Below are positions 36,550-46,883 of a stretch of DNA of 64,000 nucleotides, in pieces. The translations under genes and the position numbers were made by a program. Where the stretch lies: positions 640,001-704,000 of the forward strand of contig OZ253462.1 in assembly GCA_965261395.1 (NCBI GenBank), written 5' to 3'. The DNA comes from Candidatus Latescibacterota bacterium (GTDB lineage: Bacteria; Latescibacterota; UBA2968; UBA8231). Position 1 is the stretch's first letter, and each line of letters opens with the position of its first letter. The notes beneath the pieces were generated by a model, which had not been told where the DNA came from, searched no databases, and saw nothing but the letters and a program-made list of their open reading frames with translations.

Positions 36550-37356
36550 ATGAGCAAAATAGGCGCAATTCACTACAACTGGCCCGGCTGCGATCTCGAA
36601 GGCTTCGCCCGGCGGGCCAGCGAAATCGGCTACCGGCACTGCGAATTGCAGATCCGCGATATCTGGGATGGCGAGTCCAAAAACGGCGAGCAGACGGCCG
36701 CAGCCACCCGCGAGTTATTGGCCAAATACGGGATGCAAGCCTCGGCGGTAGCGGCTGGCAACGACTTCTTGCAAGCCGACGGCCGCGACTTGGACGCGCA
36801 AATCGAGCGCTACCGCTACGTCTGCCAGATCATTCCCATAACCGGTACGGACATCGTGCGCTCGGACGGCGGTTGGAACCGCAACGGCGACGTGCCGGAA
36901 GACCAGTGGGACGGCATGATGTTAGAGGCCTTCAAGCGCTGCGCCGACTTTCTGGAGGAGTACGACGTGCGGATCGCCCTCGACAATCACGGAATCTCCA
37001 CCAACGATGGCGATTGGCAGTTAAGCCTGATCGAGCGCGTTGGCTCGGACCGACTCGGCGTCAACTTGGATACCATGAACTATCGCTGGTTTGGGCACGA
37101 GTTGGACCAAATTGATCGCTTCTACGAGATTTTGGCACCGCACGTTTTCCACACCCACATAAAGGACGGAACCGGCTCGCGGCAAGATTACAAGGGGGCG
37201 GCATTGGGCGAGGGCGAGATTCACCTCGACCACGCGGTCAAGTGCCTCAAGGCGGCCGGCTACAACGGGGCCTGGACGGCTGAATACGAAGGGCCGGCGA
37301 CCGAGGGGCAGGCGGGATACGAAAAGTGCTACCAGTGGCTGGTGGAGAACGTCTGA
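36550..37356 (+). CDS. Sugar phosphate isomerase/epimerase (xylose isomerase-like TIM barrel)
   Basis: ALDNH, NLDTMN, HTHIKD, GEG...AEYE. Confidence 0.88.
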   Translation: MSKIGAIHYNWPGCDLEGFARRASEIGYRHCELQIRDIWDGESKNGEQTAAATRELLAKYGMQASAVAAGNDFLQADGRDLDAQIERYRYVCQIIPITGTDIVRSDGGWNRNGDVPEDQWDGMMLEAFKRCADFLEEYDVRIALDNHGISTNDGDWQLSLIERVGSDRLGVNLDTMNYRWFGHELDQIDRFYEILAPHVFHTHIKDGTGSRQDYKGAALGEGEIHLDHAVKCLKAAGYNGAWTAEYEGPATEGQAGYEKCYQWLVENV

Positions 37357-37364
37357 GTCTTGTT

Positions 37365-37982
37365 TTACGCGCGGTTTTTACTGTCCAAAATTTCGGCTAA
37401 CTCGCACGCGGTGCTTGCCGCGTCGCGGAAGAGGACCGTCTCCAAGCCCAGCGCTGCGGCCGCGGCCACGCAGTGCGGGTTGTCGTCGATTAGCACGGCT
37501 TCTTGTGGCTGACAGCCAATCTGCTCCAGCGCATAGCGAAAGGCCGCAGAACCGGGTTTGAGCAGGCCGATTTCCTGCGAGAGGAACACCTGCTCAAAGA
37601 CATCGAGGGTCGTGCAAACGCGCTGGATGCCGCGCCAGAGTAATTCGTTGTTGTTCGACAGCGCGTACAGAGGGTACTCGGCGGCTAGCTGTCGAAGCAA
37701 TGGAGCGACGCCCTCGATCTCGTGCAGGATCAGCCCCCCGAAGGCGCGGCCCAATGCGTCGTCAGTAGCCTCTAGGCCAGTGCCCTTGCGCAAGGCGGCG
37801 AGGAAGGCCGCAGCGCCGATTTCGCCGCGTTCAAAGGCGAGGAACTCCGCGCTGCCGCCGAACCACTGCTCCAAGCGACGAACATGGCTGGGGTCAGTGC
37901 CTCCGAGCAAAAGGGCCAACCCAGGCAGACCGGCGGTGCGCACTACGGTGTCGCAAAGATCGAAGATCAGGGCGCGGATCAC
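37365..37982 (-). CDS. HAD family phosphatase
   Basis: IFDLCDT, LSN, GLLKP, IDD. Confidence 0.85.
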   Translation of the reverse strand: MIRALIFDLCDTVVRTAGLPGLALLLGGTDPSHVRRLEQWFGGSAEFLAFERGEIGAAAFLAALRKGTGLEATDDALGRAFGGLILHEIEGVAPLLRQLAAEYPLYALSNNNELLWRGIQRVCTTLDVFEQVFLSQEIGLLKPGSAAFRYALEQIGCQPQEAVLIDDNPHCVAAAAALGLETVLFRDAASTACELAEILDSKNRA

Positions 37983-40900
37983 CGGATTTGACGAATCTGC
38001 TCGACCTTCTTGTCGAGCCGTTTGGGGGAGATCGGGTGGGCGGTGCCTAGCTCCTGGGCGAAGACCGAGACGCGATATTCCTCCAGCATCCAGCGCAATT
38101 CCTCGATTTGGGCCGCTCGCTCGGGCGAATTGGTTTCCCCGGCGAGCTTTTCCAACTGGCTCTGGTACATCTCAATCAACTCGGCTTTCTGCACGTCCTT
38201 GCGTGGGTCGGTCGCGGCGCGCTCGACGCGCACCTCGACGGCTTTTAGGTAGCGGATCAGGTGGCTGAGGTGTTGGTAGGGAACGCGGGCCAAGAAATCG
38301 TCGGGCAGCAGTCGCTCCAAGTCCGCGTCTAGCCCGCGATATCCCCGGCCCGCAAGGCGGATTGCCCGGCGAGCTTCAAGCAGGCTATCGACTAAGGAGA
38401 TGAAGCGTGCAGCCAAGCCGCGCAACCGCAGCTTGGCCTGCACCAGTACGGCGTCGAAATCCTCTCGGCGCAGGGGTAGGATTTGCTCGCGGTGGAAGAG
38501 ATAGCGCTCGAGATGTTCAAATGCTTGGGTGCGCAGTTCTAGGGAACTGCCTTGGTAGCGCGCCTTGAATTGCGCCAGCTCCTGGAGCTCGCGCCGGAGC
38601 CACGCTAGCTCGTCGCGGAGCGCGAGGGCACAGAGGCCCAGGAAACCCTCGTGCGAACGGGCTTCGGCTTCGACGCGATTTTTGTAGAGCCGCAGCGACA
38701 CGTCACCTTCGTCGCGGTCGAGGCCGGGCCATCCATAAAGCGGCATCCCGCCCGCTTGGGTCACCTCTATTCGTTCGGGCAGGTCGCCGAAATCCCAAGT
38801 AGTTATCCCGTCTCTTTCCCACTGTTGGGCCGCCTTTTTCCAAGCGTCGAGTTCGACTGGGGTGTCGTGCTGTTCGAGGCGTTGGGTCAGTTGCTGCAAA
38901 TCGCGGCCGGCCGCGACGGATTGATCGTCGGTGCCTTGGATATCGACGCGCATCTTGAGGTGGTCGGGCAGGTCGGTGGCGTTCCAGTCTGATGCTTGAA
39001 TTTGGATCCGGTAGTGCTGACGGATGTGTTCCCGTAGCGACTCCAAGAAGGTGGGATGGGTCGGCTTGAGTACGGCTGCAATGCTCTTGGCCTTTGCGGG
39101 GATCGGTACCAGTTGCTTGCGAATGGACTTGGGCAACGAGCGCAGCAGGACGGTGATTTTATCTTCGAGCAGGCCCGGCACCAGCCATTCGAGTATTTCT
39201 GGATCAACGGCGTGGGCCAGTTTGTAGGGCAATTTGACGGTGACGCCGTCCTCGTCTTGCCCCGGGCGATAGGCGTAGCTGATGGCTAGCTTTTTGCCGT
39301 CGAGGTCGAGTGCGTCTGGGAAGGCCTGTTGGTCGAAATCGGCGCGGGTGGTGCCGAGCAAGTCCTCCTCCTGCATCATCAGGAAGTCGTCGGCTTTGTC
39401 TTTGAGGAACCGGTTGAGGTCGGGCAGCGAGGAAACATCGTCGAGGTGCTGGGAGTAAAAGCGGGCGGCGGCCTCTTCGACGTGGACATCGGCCAAACCG
39501 CGGGCGCGGGTCTGCCAAGTTTCGATCTTCTGACACAGGCGAATGTTGTGCGCGAGAAACTTGTGCGGAGTGTGCACCGTCCCAGGCACCAACGCCTCGC
39601 GGATGAATATCTCGGTGGCCTCGCGGGCGTTGATGCGGCTATAAGGGATGCGGCGGCTGAGCACTTCGAGGCCGTAGAGGATCAGCTTTTCGCGCACCAG
39701 CACCCGCCCCGAGCGCGGGTTGAAATAAGGTTGGTCGTAGGAAGCGCGGCACAAGTGGCTGCCTAGCTCAGCGAGCCATTCGGGCTGGATGCGGGCGACC
39801 GTGCGGGCGAACAGGCGCGAGGTCTCGACGATTTCGGCCGCGACCAGCCAACCGGGGGGGCCGCCGCCCTCGGCTGGCTTCTTGCCCTTGTTAGAGCGGA
39901 AGAGTCCCGAGCCGGGAAAAACCATCACCTCGCGACTGCGCGCTGCCTGATAGATATTGCCCTCCTCTTGGCGCGCCACACTCGAAAGCAAGCCGGTGAG
40001 TATCGCGCGGTGGATCGCGTCGTACCCGGCGGGTTCTTGGTTGAAGCGGAAGCCTTTTATCTCGCCCAGTGCCTCGCGGATCTGCGCGTGGATATCGCGC
40101 CATTCGCGCATCCGCATGTAGGACAGATAGTGCGCCTTACAGAATTTGCGTAGCTGGTTCTGCGAGGCACTTTCCACTTTGTCGTGATAGGCGTTCCAGA
40201 TGTTGAGGTAGGCTAGGAAATCGGAATTTTTGTCGTGGAACTGTCGGTGCATTTGGTCGGCCGCATCCTGCTCTTCCAGAGGCCGCTCGCGCGGATCTTG
40301 AATGCTGATGGCCGCGGCGATGACGAGCACCTCGGAAAGGGCTTGCTCCTCGCGGGCCCGAAGCAGCATCCGCGAGACCGTGGGGTCAATGGGCAGGCGC
40401 GCCATAGCGCGGCCCATGGGGGTGAGTGCGCGGTTTTCGTCGAGGGCATTGAGCTGGCTCAGAAGTTGGAAACCGCCGGCGATAGTGGCTTTTGCCGGGG
40501 GGTCGATAAAGGGAAAAGCCTCAATGTCCCCTAGCTTGAGGTTGATCATCCGCAGGATGACCTCGGCGAGATTGGCGCGCTGGATCTCGGGCTGGGTGTA
40601 TTCGGGCCGCGAGAGAAAATCCTGCTCAGAGTAGAGGCGAATACACACCCCGTCCTCGACCCGCCCACAGCGCCCCTCTCTTTGGCGGGCACTGCTCTGC
40701 GAGATCGGTTCGATCGGCAGGCGCTGAGTGTGGGTGCGCGGGTTATAGCGCGACAGACGCGCCAAGCCCGTATCTACGACGTAGCGGATGCGGGGGATGG
40801 TCAGCGAAGTCTCGGCGATATTGGTGGCCAACACTACGCGACGACGGTCACCCGGGGCGAATACGCGCTGCTGCTCTCCGGCGGTTAGGCGGCCAAACAG

Positions 40901-41860
40901 CGGCAAGATCTCGACCCCGCGCAGTTTGCGCCCTTCGAGCCGCTCGCGGGTTTCGTGGATATCGCGCTCAGACGGCAGAAAGACCAAGAGGTCGCCTTGC
41001 CGCGATGTGCGCAAAATTTCGTCCACCGCGCTGGCGGCCGCATCCAAATACGTGTAGTCGCCGCGATCCTGCAGGATCTCGTCGAGTGGCCAATAGCTAA
41101 CCTCAACTGGGAACATCCGGCCTGAGACCTCGATGATGGGGGCGTCGTCAAAAGCCTTAGAGAAGGTTTCAGTGTCGATGGTAGCCGAGGTGATGACGAT
41201 CTTGAGTTCGGGTCGCTTGCGGCGCAAAAGCCGCAGGTAGCCGAGCAGGAAGTCGATGTTGAGGCTGCGCTCGTGGGCCTCATCCACGATAATGGTATCG
41301 TATTCGAGCAGGTCGGGATCGGTTTGGGTCTCGGCCAGCAGCATCCCGTCGGTCATGACCTTGATACAGGTCTCGGGAGCAGTCTGGTCGCGGAAGCGGA
41401 TTTTGCAGCCGACATCGCGGCCGTAGGTCACCTTGAGTTCTTCAGCCACGCGCTGGGCGATGGAAAGAGCGGCGACGCGGCGCGGCTGCGTGACGGCGAT
41501 GCGGGCGGCCTCGCCCCGGCCAGCCTCTAGGCAGATTTTGGGCAGTTGAGTGCTCTTGCCCGAACCGGTCTCGCCGGCGACGATGACGACGGGGTGCGCC
41601 TTGATCGCCGCGAGGATTTCGTCCCTGCGATCGCTGATGGGCAGGGCGGGTGGGTAGGTGGGGTTTGGGCGGTTTCCGCGCCGCCGTTCGCGCAGGTGAG
41701 CAGAGCTGCGAGCTTGGCCTATGAGGCGTTCGACCTCTTCGGGGTTGAGGCGGCGACGCTTCAGACGCCGTTCGATGCGTACCCGGTCCTGGAGCATACA
41801 CTGGGGCAGGAGGGTTTTAAGCGCCGTGATGGGGTAGGGTTTACTAGGCGATTGATTCAA
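37979..41860 (-). CDS. hrpA: ATP-dependent RNA helicase HrpA
   Basis: GETGSGKS, DEAH, SAT, ATNIAETSLT, QREGRCGR, C-terminal WMLEEYRVSVFAQELGT. Confidence 0.96.
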   Translation of the reverse strand: MNQSPSKPYPITALKTLLPQCMLQDRVRIERRLKRRRLNPEEVERLIGQARSSAHLRERRRGNRPNPTYPPALPISDRRDEILAAIKAHPVVIVAGETGSGKSTQLPKICLEAGRGEAARIAVTQPRRVAALSIAQRVAEELKVTYGRDVGCKIRFRDQTAPETCIKVMTDGMLLAETQTDPDLLEYDTIIVDEAHERSLNIDFLLGYLRLLRRKRPELKIVITSATIDTETFSKAFDDAPIIEVSGRMFPVEVSYWPLDEILQDRGDYTYLDAAASAVDEILRTSRQGDLLVFLPSERDIHETRERLEGRKLRGVEILPLFGRLTAGEQQRVFAPGDRRRVVLATNIAETSLTIPRIRYVVDTGLARLSRYNPRTHTQRLPIEPISQSSARQREGRCGRVEDGVCIRLYSEQDFLSRPEYTQPEIQRANLAEVILRMINLKLGDIEAFPFIDPPAKATIAGGFQLLSQLNALDENRALTPMGRAMARLPIDPTVSRMLLRAREEQALSEVLVIAAAISIQDPRERPLEEQDAADQMHRQFHDKNSDFLAYLNIWNAYHDKVESASQNQLRKFCKAHYLSYMRMREWRDIHAQIREALGEIKGFRFNQEPAGYDAIHRAILTGLLSSVARQEEGNIYQAARSREVMVFPGSGLFRSNKGKKPAEGGGPPGWLVAAEIVETSRLFARTVARIQPEWLAELGSHLCRASYDQPYFNPRSGRVLVREKLILYGLEVLSRRIPYSRINAREATEIFIREALVPGTVHTPHKFLAHNIRLCQKIETWQTRARGLADVHVEEAAARFYSQHLDDVSSLPDLNRFLKDKADDFLMMQEEDLLGTTRADFDQQAFPDALDLDGKKLAISYAYRPGQDEDGVTVKLPYKLAHAVDPEILEWLVPGLLEDKITVLLRSLPKSIRKQLVPIPAKAKSIAAVLKPTHPTFLESLREHIRQHYRIQIQASDWNATDLPDHLKMRVDIQGTDDQSVAAGRDLQQLTQRLEQHDTPVELDAWKKAAQQWERDGITTWDFGDLPERIEVTQAGGMPLYGWPGLDRDEGDVSLRLYKNRVEAEARSHEGFLGLCALALRDELAWLRRELQELAQFKARYQGSSLELRTQAFEHLERYLFHREQILPLRREDFDAVLVQAKLRLRGLAARFISLVDSLLEARRAIRLAGRGYRGLDADLERLLPDDFLARVPYQHLSHLIRYLKAVEVRVERAATDPRKDVQKAELIEMYQSQLEKLAGETNSPERAAQIEELRWMLEEYRVSVFAQELGTAHPISPKRLDKKVEQIRQIR

Positions 41861-41889
41861 AATTTACAAGAGGTTATTTTGCCAGCCCT

Positions 41890-43161
41890 TCAGGCCTCAG
41901 TGCGCCAAAGGCGCGGCACGGGGCTGGTGGCTTGGCGTTCGGGCAGGTGCCAGTATTCGGCCTCTGGCGGGATTTCTTGTAGGTGCGGGCAGGTCATGCC
42001 GTGGCGATCCCACACTACTTCGCCCGCGCGCAAGGTCAGGGCGCATTCGAGGCGGTGTCGGGCCTCAATGCAGGCCCAGCCGCAGTCGCGAAAATAGAAG
42101 TTGCCCTCGAGGACGCCCAGCACGGCGATGTCGGCCTCAGAGCCGGGCGTCAAGGTCCCCAACTCGGGCCGGCGGATGGCACTGGCGGGCGTGACGGTGG
42201 AGCGGTAGATCACTTCCTGTAAGGGCATGTCCATAGCCAAGCACTTAGACATGGTGTCGAGCATGGAGTGGACGTGGCCGTTGATATTGCCCATGTGCAG
42301 GTCGGTGCTAATGGAATCGGGCGGGAAGCCGTCGGCAATGGCCGGCATGGCAGCGCGGTACCAGAAGCTGGCCGCTCCGTGGCCAAGGTCGAAGTGGATG
42401 CCCTTCTTGCGCACTTCGCGCATGTAGTCGTACACCGCGCCGTCCTCATCGATGACGGGGAACTGGCGGGCAAAGACGTGGGTGTGGATATCGCCTGGGC
42501 GCAGGTGCTTGAGGAGTAGATCGGGATAGGAGCGCTCGGGCGGGCGCGGCCAAAAGTCAACCATCACCGGCATTTTACAGCGCTCGCCGGCCGCGACGGC
42601 CGCGTCAACCGAGGCCCAAGGCGGATGCTCGTCGTCAAAGGGCTTGGTGGTCCAATAGTGGGCGGTCTTGATGCCGACGCACACCTCGTCGTGGGCCGCG
42701 GCCATCTCGGCCGCCCGCTGAGGATCGAGGTTGGCGACGATTTGTTCGGGAGGGCCCATGCCTGGGGCGGCAATGTTGACATAGGCGAACATGCGGATCT
42801 TGGAGTGGTCGATCACCGTCTCGCGGAAGTGCTCGAACTCCTCGGCCCCGGCCGTGCCGGTATCGACGCAGGTGGTTACTCCCTCTTTGAGGAAGTGGGC
42901 GTCGGCATTGAGGCTGCCCACCAACCCGCCGCCGGGTTTGCCGGCGCGGGTATGGTACGTATGGACGTGGATGTCGAGCAGGCCCGGCACGACGACGAGG
43001 TTGCCCACGTCGATGACGCGATGGGCGTCCGCCGGGGAAATGTTCTCTTCGACGCGAGCGATGCGGCCGTCGAGTACGCCGACGTCGGCGACGCCGTTGA
43101 TGTCGTTGGCAGGGTCGATTACGTGGCCGCCCTTGAGCAGCATTTCGAGTTTGCGGGGCAT
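41890..43161 (-). CDS. Amidohydrolase/deacetylase (dihydroorotase-like metallohydrolase)
   Basis: PGLLDIHVH, GIK, LRPGDIHTH, DLGHG, ISTD. Confidence 0.88.
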   Translation of the reverse strand: MPRKLEMLLKGGHVIDPANDINGVADVGVLDGRIARVEENISPADAHRVIDVGNLVVVPGLLDIHVHTYHTRAGKPGGGLVGSLNADAHFLKEGVTTCVDTGTAGAEEFEHFRETVIDHSKIRMFAYVNIAAPGMGPPEQIVANLDPQRAAEMAAAHDEVCVGIKTAHYWTTKPFDDEHPPWASVDAAVAAGERCKMPVMVDFWPRPPERSYPDLLLKHLRPGDIHTHVFARQFPVIDEDGAVYDYMREVRKKGIHFDLGHGAASFWYRAAMPAIADGFPPDSISTDLHMGNINGHVHSMLDTMSKCLAMDMPLQEVIYRSTVTPASAIRRPELGTLTPGSEADIAVLGVLEGNFYFRDCGWACIEARHRLECALTLRAGEVVWDRHGMTCPHLQEIPPEAEYWHLPERQATSPVPRLWRTEA

Positions 43162-43234
43162 GGCTTTTTCGTTCCGGATATTATAGGGAAAATCACAAAA
43201 TAGGCCGGGCCGAAGGGAGGGTCAAATGAGGTTG

Positions 43235-43264
43235 TTGACAATGGTTAGATGCTTGGAGTACAAT
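43235..43264 (+). promoter_or_regulatory. Sigma70-type promoter of the nfeD-floA operon
   Basis: TTGACA (43235-43240), 18 nt spacer, TACAAT (43259-43264) in an AT-rich intergenic region. Confidence 0.6.
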
Positions 43265-43290
43265 CTATAGCCTCATATATTCAATAATAA

Positions 43291-44610
43291 ATGCGATACC
43301 TTATATACACACTCCTAATTTTGTCGGCCGGCAGCGCCCAAGCGCAGACCGTCTATCGCGTCCATCTCAAGCTAGAGGGCATGATTGACCCGGGCGTAGC
43401 GGCCTTTGTCGAGCGCGTGATCGCCGAGGCCGACGAGGCCGAAGCCGACGCCATCGTCTTTGAGATCGACACCTTTGGCGGGCGCGTCGATGCGGCCACC
43501 GTGATCCGCGACGCCATCCTCGACGCCGAAACCCTGACCATCGCCTTCATCAATAAGCGGGCGATTTCGGCCGGGGCACTCATCTCGCTGGCCTGCGACA
43601 AGATCGTCATGACCCAAGCATCGACCATGGGCGCGACCACTCCGGTCGATGCCACGGGCACCAAGGCCAGCGACAAAGTGACCTCCTATATGCGCGCTGA
43701 GATGCGCGCTACGGCCGAGCGCACTGGCCGCAACGTCAAGATCGCCGAGGCCATGGTGGATGAGCGCGTCGATGTGCCGGGCCTGAGCGTCGAAGCGGGC
43801 CGACCGGCGACCCTGACCACCGAGCAGGCGCTCAACTACCAGATGGCTGACGAGACGGCCGAGACCCTGATCGAGCTGTTGCGCATCTACGATCTAGGCG
43901 AAGCCGAAATCGTCGAAGTCGAGCTCAACTGGACCGAACACGTCTTGCGCATGTTGACCCACCCGGTCGTCACTTCGATTTTGCTAGCCGTAGCCATGTT
44001 CGGCTTGATCGCCGAGGTGCGCACCCCCGGTTGGGGCTTGGGCGGCACGCTGGCGCTGGTGGCGCTGGGGCTTTTCTTCGGCAGCCACTTGATCGTGCAT
44101 CTGGCCGAGTGGCAGGAGCTGGCGCTCTTTGCGGTGGGCGCGGCGCTTTTGGTCGTCGAGCTAGTGGCCATTCCGGGCTTTGGCCTTGTGGGCTTGTTGG
44201 GTATCGCGGCGATGATTGCCAGCGTGGTGATTACCCAGTTGGGCGATTTCCAATTGTGGAGTTTCGGCGAAATCGTCTCGGTGATCGGGCGTCTCGCAGG
44301 CTCGATGATCGGCGCGTTTGTAATCTCGCTCATCGTCTTGCGCTCTCTGCCCAAGTTCGCCGCCTTCAACCGCCTAGTGCTCCACAACGAAATCAAGGCC
44401 GCCGATGGCTACACTTCCTCCTCGCGCAAGACCGACGAGGAGTTGTTGGGCCAGGAGGGGGTCACGGTCAGCTACCTGCGGCCCTCGGGTATAGCCCTGT
44501 TGGGGGGCCAGCGGCTCACCGTGATCGCCGAGGCCGAATTCATCGAGGCACAGCGGCCCATTAAAGTCGTCGAAGCTTGCGGCAGTCGAGTGGTGGTGAA
44601 GCCACTATGA
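43291..44610 (+). CDS. nfeD: Long NfeD family membrane protease (YqeZ/NfeD1b-like)
   Basis: IDTFGG, AISAGALI, TM block, C-terminal OB fold LRPSG. Confidence 0.88.
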   Translation: MRYLIYTLLILSAGSAQAQTVYRVHLKLEGMIDPGVAAFVERVIAEADEAEADAIVFEIDTFGGRVDAATVIRDAILDAETLTIAFINKRAISAGALISLACDKIVMTQASTMGATTPVDATGTKASDKVTSYMRAEMRATAERTGRNVKIAEAMVDERVDVPGLSVEAGRPATLTTEQALNYQMADETAETLIELLRIYDLGEAEIVEVELNWTEHVLRMLTHPVVTSILLAVAMFGLIAEVRTPGWGLGGTLALVALGLFFGSHLIVHLAEWQELALFAVGAALLVVELVAIPGFGLVGLLGIAAMIASVVITQLGDFQLWSFGEIVSVIGRLAGSMIGAFVISLIVLRSLPKFAAFNRLVLHNEIKAADGYTSSSRKTDEELLGQEGVTVSYLRPSGIALLGGQRLTVIAEAEFIEAQRPIKVVEACGSRVVVKPL

Positions 44611-45116
44611 GCTTTCTCGGGGGGGAGGTGTTGGAATGGGTTTATTCGCTGGCCTTGCTATTGCTCGGCTTCGCGCTGGTGCTGTTGGAAATTTTCGTCA
44701 TCCCAGGGATCAATATCTTCGGCGTCGTTGGTTTGCTGACCGCGATCGCTGGCATTGGCTATGCCTATATGAATATGGGCGGCTTGGCGGCTGGCGTCGT
44801 GGCGGGCCTGGGGCTGACGGGGATCGCCGTCTTGGTGAGACTGATGCTCAAGGTCCGCGCTTGGAACCGCTTGGTGCTCAACGAGGGCATGACGCGCAAA
44901 GCCGGCTACGATTCGGTCAAGCCCGGCCGCGAGGATTTGCTCGGGCAGACGGGCGAGGTGCTGACGACGCTGCGGCCGGCGGGGCGGGCGCAGTTCGGCG
45001 AGCGGGTATTCGACGTAGTCAGCGAGGGTGGCTATATTGAGCGTGGTGAGCAGGTCGAGGTATTAAAAGTGGCTGGCAACAGAGTAGTGGTGCAGTTAGT
45101 CCCTGCCAAACGTTAG
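44607..45116 (+). CDS. Short NfeD family protein
   Basis: LEIFVIPG...TM...LRPAG...DVVSEG. Confidence 0.85.
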   Translation: MSFLGGEVLEWVYSLALLLLGFALVLLEIFVIPGINIFGVVGLLTAIAGIGYAYMNMGGLAAGVVAGLGLTGIAVLVRLMLKVRAWNRLVLNEGMTRKAGYDSVKPGREDLLGQTGEVLTTLRPAGRAQFGERVFDVVSEGGYIERGEQVEVLKVAGNRVVVQLVPAKR

Positions 45117-45140
45117 TTCACTCCCTTCAAGGAGCCTATA

Positions 45141-46118
45141 ATGGAAGTCCTGTTTTTGGTCTTGGTGCTTTTCGGCATCATCATCTTTTTGTCGCTCTTT
45201 ACGTATTTCGTCCCGATTGGCCTGTGGATCACGGCTTATTTCGCCGGGGTCAAGGTGGCGATCTTCAAGGACTTGGTGGGTATGCGGCTGCGCAAGGTAC
45301 CGCCCCGCCAGATCGTCGTCCCCAAGATCAGCGCGACCAAAGCCGGTCTCGACGTGAGCTTGGATCGCATGGAAGCCCACTTTCTGGCCGGCGGCAATGT
45401 CAACCTAGTGATTCTAGCGCTGATCTCGGCCGACAAGGCCAATATCGATCTGAGCTTCGAGCGGGCTACGGCGATCGACTTGGCCGGTCGCGACGTACTC
45501 GAAGCGGTCAAGCTGAGCGTCAATCCCAAAGTGATCAACACCCCATTGGTCGCGGCGGTCGCCAAAGACGGCATCCAGGTCAAGGCCCTGTGCCGGGTGA
45601 CGGTGCGCGCCAATATCGACCGGCTAGTTGGCGGTGCCGGCGAGGAGACGATCATCGCGCGCGTCGGCGAGGGCATCGTTACCACCATCGGCTCGTCGGA
45701 GACGCACAAAGCGGTGCTGGAGAATCCCGATCGTATTTCGAGGACGGTGCTGGATAAGGGACTGGATTCGGGTACGGCTTTCGAAATCCTCTCGATCGAC
45801 ATCGCCGATGTCGATGTGGGCGAGAATATCGGTGCCAAGCTGCAGACCGACCAAGCCGATGCCGATCTCAAAATCGCCCAGGCCAAGGCCGAAGAGCGCC
45901 GGGCGATGGCCCAGGCGCGCGAGCAGGAGATGACGGCCCAAGTCGTGGAAATGGAGTCGCGAGTCAAGGAAGCCGAGGCCGAAGTGCCGCGCGCAATGGC
46001 CGAAGCCTTCCGCGAGGGCAATATGGGCATTATGGACTACTACCGCATGCGCAACATCCAGGCCGACACGGAGATGCGCGACTCGATTGCCGAAAGCGAC
46101 GAGGACCGCGACAACTAG
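45141..46118 (+). CDS. floA: Flotillin-like protein FloA (YqfA)
   Basis: [48 protein letters not shown]. Confidence 0.93.
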   Translation: MEVLFLVLVLFGIIIFLSLFTYFVPIGLWITAYFAGVKVAIFKDLVGMRLRKVPPRQIVVPKISATKAGLDVSLDRMEAHFLAGGNVNLVILALISADKANIDLSFERATAIDLAGRDVLEAVKLSVNPKVINTPLVAAVAKDGIQVKALCRVTVRANIDRLVGGAGEETIIARVGEGIVTTIGSSETHKAVLENPDRISRTVLDKGLDSGTAFEILSIDIADVDVGENIGAKLQTDQADADLKIAQAKAEERRAMAQAREQEMTAQVVEMESRVKEAEAEVPRAMAEAFREGNMGIMDYYRMRNIQADTEMRDSIAESDEDRDN

Positions 46119-46121
46119 TCC

Positions 46122-46613
46122 ATGGAACTCCTACTCTTTACCCTCGCCATACTGTTCAGCATATTTTCGGTGCTGATGGAGCGTCGCAAGCGCCGCAAAC
46201 GGCGTGAAGAAGCACAACAGCACGCCCAGATCGAACAACAGCACGCCGGGGTCAATCCGGCCGCGCCTGTTGTCGTCGAGGAGGAGAAAGAGGAAGAGCC
46301 GTCCTTGGGGTGGCCTTTTGACGGCGATCCTTTTGACGAGCCGGTTCCCGCCGAAGCCGAGCCGGTCGCAACTGAGCGGGAGGCCATAGAAGCCGAGCGG
46401 CAGGCTGTAGAAGCCGAGCGGCGCGCCGTGGCAGCCGAGAGGCTGGCCATGGAGCGGCTGACGGAGACCAAGCCCCATGATTCGGGCGAGAAGCGGCGGC
46501 CTCGTCGTAGTCGTACCCGGAGCCGTTGGTTCCTCAACCCGCAGACGGCGCGCGACGCGATCGTCTATATGGAAATCCTCGGCAAGCCGAAGAGCGAACG
46601 AGAGGAGAGGTAA
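46122..46613 (+). CDS. Hypothetical membrane-anchored protein (YqfB-like position)
   Basis: N-terminal TM, acidic linker, C-terminal RDAIVYMEILGKP. Confidence 0.7.
   Translation: MELLLFTLAILFSIFSVLMERRKRRKRREEAQQHAQIEQQHAGVNPAAPVVVEEEKEEEPSLGWPFDGDPFDEPVPAEAEPVATEREAIEAERQAVEAERRAVAAERLAMERLTETKPHDSGEKRRPRRSRTRSRWFLNPQTARDAIVYMEILGKPKSEREER
46374..46457 (+). repeat. Four degenerate 21-bp tandem repeats (heptads ERxAxEA)
   Basis: GAGCGGGAGGCCATAGAAGCC / GAGCGGCAGGCTGTAGAAGCC / GAGCGGCGCGCCGTGGCAGCC / GAGAGGCTGGCCATG... Confidence 0.75.
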
Positions 46614-46621
46614 ATGGTCTA

Positions 46622-46708
46622 GCCGGAGTGGCGGAATTGGTAGACGCGCTGGATTCAAAATCCTGTATCCGCAAGGGTGTGTGGGTTCGAGTCCCACCTC
46701 CGGCACCA
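46622..46708 (+). tRNA. tRNA-Leu (anticodon CAA)
   Basis: GCCGGAG/CTCCGGC acceptor stem, D-loop TTGGTAGAC, anticodon loop TTCAAAA, long variable arm, GGTTCGAGTCC, encoded CCA. Confidence 0.97.
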
Positions 46709-46728
46709 TTTTTTATTTTTCACTGCAA

Positions 46729-46760
46729 GCTAGCGGTGCGGAGCCACTCGCATCGCTAGC
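46729..46760 (+). terminator. Hairpin downstream of the tRNA
   Basis: GCTAGCGGTGCG-8nt-CGCATCGCTAGC, followed by a T-rich stretch. Confidence 0.55.
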
Positions 46761-46883
46761 ACCATCAGTTTCTTTGTACCTCCTATGGCCCGCGTAATCT
46801 TGCCTCCCTTTTCTTCTTCCCCGTCCGTCGAAAGTTCAATTAACTTTCTCTCCATCTCTCGCCCCGAAAGGAGATAAACCGCC

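Noticed and set aside
37979-41860. Helicase as part of a defence system
   Set aside because: It is full-length housekeeping HrpA flanked by metabolic genes, with no defence partners.
46131-46709. 192-aa minus-strand ORF starting MVPEVGLEPT
   Set aside because: A typical antisense translation of the tRNA-Leu gene and the upstream CDS.
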